From positions 320,001-384,000 of the forward strand of contig CAXXWQ010000002.1 of the NCBI GenBank assembly GCA_963674945.2: a stretch of 64,000 nucleotides of DNA, read 5' to 3'. Source of the stretch: an uncultured Desulfosarcina sp. GTDB taxonomy: Bacteria; Desulfobacterota; Desulfobacteria; Desulfobacterales; Desulfosarcinaceae. Shown here in pieces: positions 62,465 through 64,000 of this stretch; the first letter of the stretch is position 1; each line of letters begins with the position of its first letter. The notes under the pieces were generated by a model. That model did no database searches. It was not told the DNA's origin and worked only from the letters and a program-made list of their open reading frames with translations. A program made the position numbers and the translations under genes.

Positions 62465-62571
62465 GGGGTTTCCCCACAGGGGAAAAGGAAGACCCTCTGC
62501 GGTCTCTGCGTCTTGAGCGAAGCGAGCGGTGAAATAAAAAATCCTGAAAATCCAGTAAATCCTGTCTATAA

Positions 62572-63636
62572 ATGAAAGACGGTATAGTCAAAATCAGAAT
62601 CGCCACCGACGCAGACCAGAAGCGATGGGACGAATTCGTTCTACAACATCCCGAGTCATCGCCTTATCATCTGTGGGCATGGAGAAAGGCAATTGAGGAA
62701 TCCTACGGACACAAGTGTATTTATTTCTACACCGAACAAAACGATGAAATCACAGGTATATTACCAACAGTTCGATTTCATGTACCAGGAATAATAAATC
62801 AAATCGTAGCCCTTCCATTTTGTGATGTTGGGAACTGCGTTGCTGATAAAAGCGAAGTACAGGACTTACTAATAAGTGAGATCTTAGAATATTGTAAAAA
62901 TAGGAAGATTAAGAATCTTCAGTTTCGAGGTGATTTATTACAAACAGTACTTATCCAGACTAGATTGGAAATAGTTGAAACCAACAAAGTTCGCATGTTC
63001 CTCAACTTACCATCTACAGCCAACGATCTGCTAAAATCTTTCAGATCAAAACTTCGCAGTCAGGTTAGAAAGGCAGAAAAAAATGGCGTAACCTTTCGTT
63101 GGGGAAATATTGAAGACATCGAAAACATTTTTCGTGTCTTTTCGAAAAATATGCATGAACTTGGTTCACCCGTCCATTCAAAAGCCTTTTTGAAATCAGT
63201 TTTGGAGCAATACGATGAACGAGCAAAAGTTGGGATAGCTGAATTTGAGAATAATATTATCGGAATAGGGATAATCTTGCTTGGTGCAAGGGGCGTTTCC
63301 ATTCCATGGGCATCGACTCTGAGAGAATATAATCGGCTCAGTCCAAATATGCTGCTATACTGGAATTTATTAAAATATAGTGCCGACAATGGATATGAGT
63401 ATTTCGATTTCGGACGATCATCTGAAGGTGAAGGGACTTACAGGTTTAAAAAACAATGGGGTGCGATTTCAAAGCCATTGGTCTGGTATGAATTGAAAGA
63501 TAACGACAAGAAAGAAAAGTCATCGAAGGAATCGAAGATTGACAAGCGTGAACTGTTGGCGGGAATGTGGCGAAAGCTTCCGCTTGGAATGGCAAATGTT
63601 ATCGGTCCGCACATCCGTAAATATATTAGCCTGTAA
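62572..63636 (+). CDS. FemAB-related GNAT protein, PEP-CTERM system-associated
   Basis: WDEFV..HP..SPYH..AW, KLRSQVRKAEK, PWASTL, PNMLLYW, FDFGRS..GTYRFKKQWGA. Confidence 0.9.
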   Translation: MKDGIVKIRIATDADQKRWDEFVLQHPESSPYHLWAWRKAIEESYGHKCIYFYTEQNDEITGILPTVRFHVPGIINQIVALPFCDVGNCVADKSEVQDLLISEILEYCKNRKIKNLQFRGDLLQTVLIQTRLEIVETNKVRMFLNLPSTANDLLKSFRSKLRSQVRKAEKNGVTFRWGNIEDIENIFRVFSKNMHELGSPVHSKAFLKSVLEQYDERAKVGIAEFENNIIGIGIILLGARGVSIPWASTLREYNRLSPNMLLYWNLLKYSADNGYEYFDFGRSSEGEGTYRFKKQWGAISKPLVWYELKDNDKKEKSSKESKIDKRELLAGMWRKLPLGMANVIGPHIRKYISL

Positions 63637-63743
63637 GGGCAGGTATAAGGCAGACGGTATGAGCAATAAGAAAAAAACTAATTTATACAGCTGTTTAGGG
63701 GTTCTGGTGTTTTGGGTTCAGGTGTTAATGAAACTGGATTGCA

Positions 63744-64000
63744 ATGGCTATAAACCGATTTGAGGATATTGAGGCATGGCAGCGATCAAGAATCCTTGCT
63801 CGCAAGGTTTATAGTTTAACTAATAATGCCAGTTTTTCTCGTGATTTTGGTTTGAAGGGACAGATTCAAAATGCAGCTGGTTCAACCATGCACAATATTG
63901 CGGAAGGATTTGATTCTGAATCAAACTTTGAATTTGTTCGATTCCTCCGTTACGCTAAACGATCTTGCACTGAAGTTCAAAGCCAGCTTTATATGGCATT
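63744..64000 (+). CDS. Four-helix-bundle protein (partial, runs off the window)
   Basis: Manual translation MAINRFEDIEAWQRSRILARKVY...DFGLKGQIQNAAGSTMHNIAEGF...FLRYAKRSCTEVQSQLY. Confidence 0.9.
   Translation, partial: MAINRFEDIEAWQRSRILARKVYSLTNNASFSRDFGLKGQIQNAAGSTMHNIAEGFDSESNFEFVRFLRYAKRSCTEVQSQLYMA

Noticed and set aside
40352..64000. Diversity-generating retroelement suggested by Avd-like four-helix proteins and the 307-bp duplication
   Set aside because: No reverse transcriptase seen, and differences between the duplicates are not confined to adenines

Overview
Bacterial chromosomal window; gene content suggests an anaerobic sulfate-reducing Desulfobacterota (Desulfosarcina-like), which is an inference. 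The left half (1-32 kb) holds housekeeping and signalling genes: partial metK, an antiporter/USP/six-PAS kinase/response regulator operon, TatD, a MoxR-VWA pair, a core-MetE-like enzyme, tatA, Sui1, a HAD phosphatase, a radical SAM protein and an ABC-F ATPase. It also carries an unusual cluster in which a NiFeSe-like but Cys-only [NiFe] hydrogenase lacking the C-terminal maturation extension, with a Tat-signal small subunit, sits 4 bp from a c-type-heme (CxxCH) chemoreceptor: a candidate H2-chemotaxis sensor. The right half (32-64 kb) is an exosortase-A/PEP-CTERM-type exopolysaccharide locus. It is interleaved with three VapBC pairs (a fourth lies just upstream), three four-helix-bundle genes, a GxxExxY gene, an IS1380 and an IS5 element. 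Almost every intergenic space there is built from modular palindromic repeats (decamer arms around a conserved ~95-bp core, GNA-triloop hairpins, 7/8/9-mer inverted arms). No rRNA, tRNA or CRISPR-cas was recognised.
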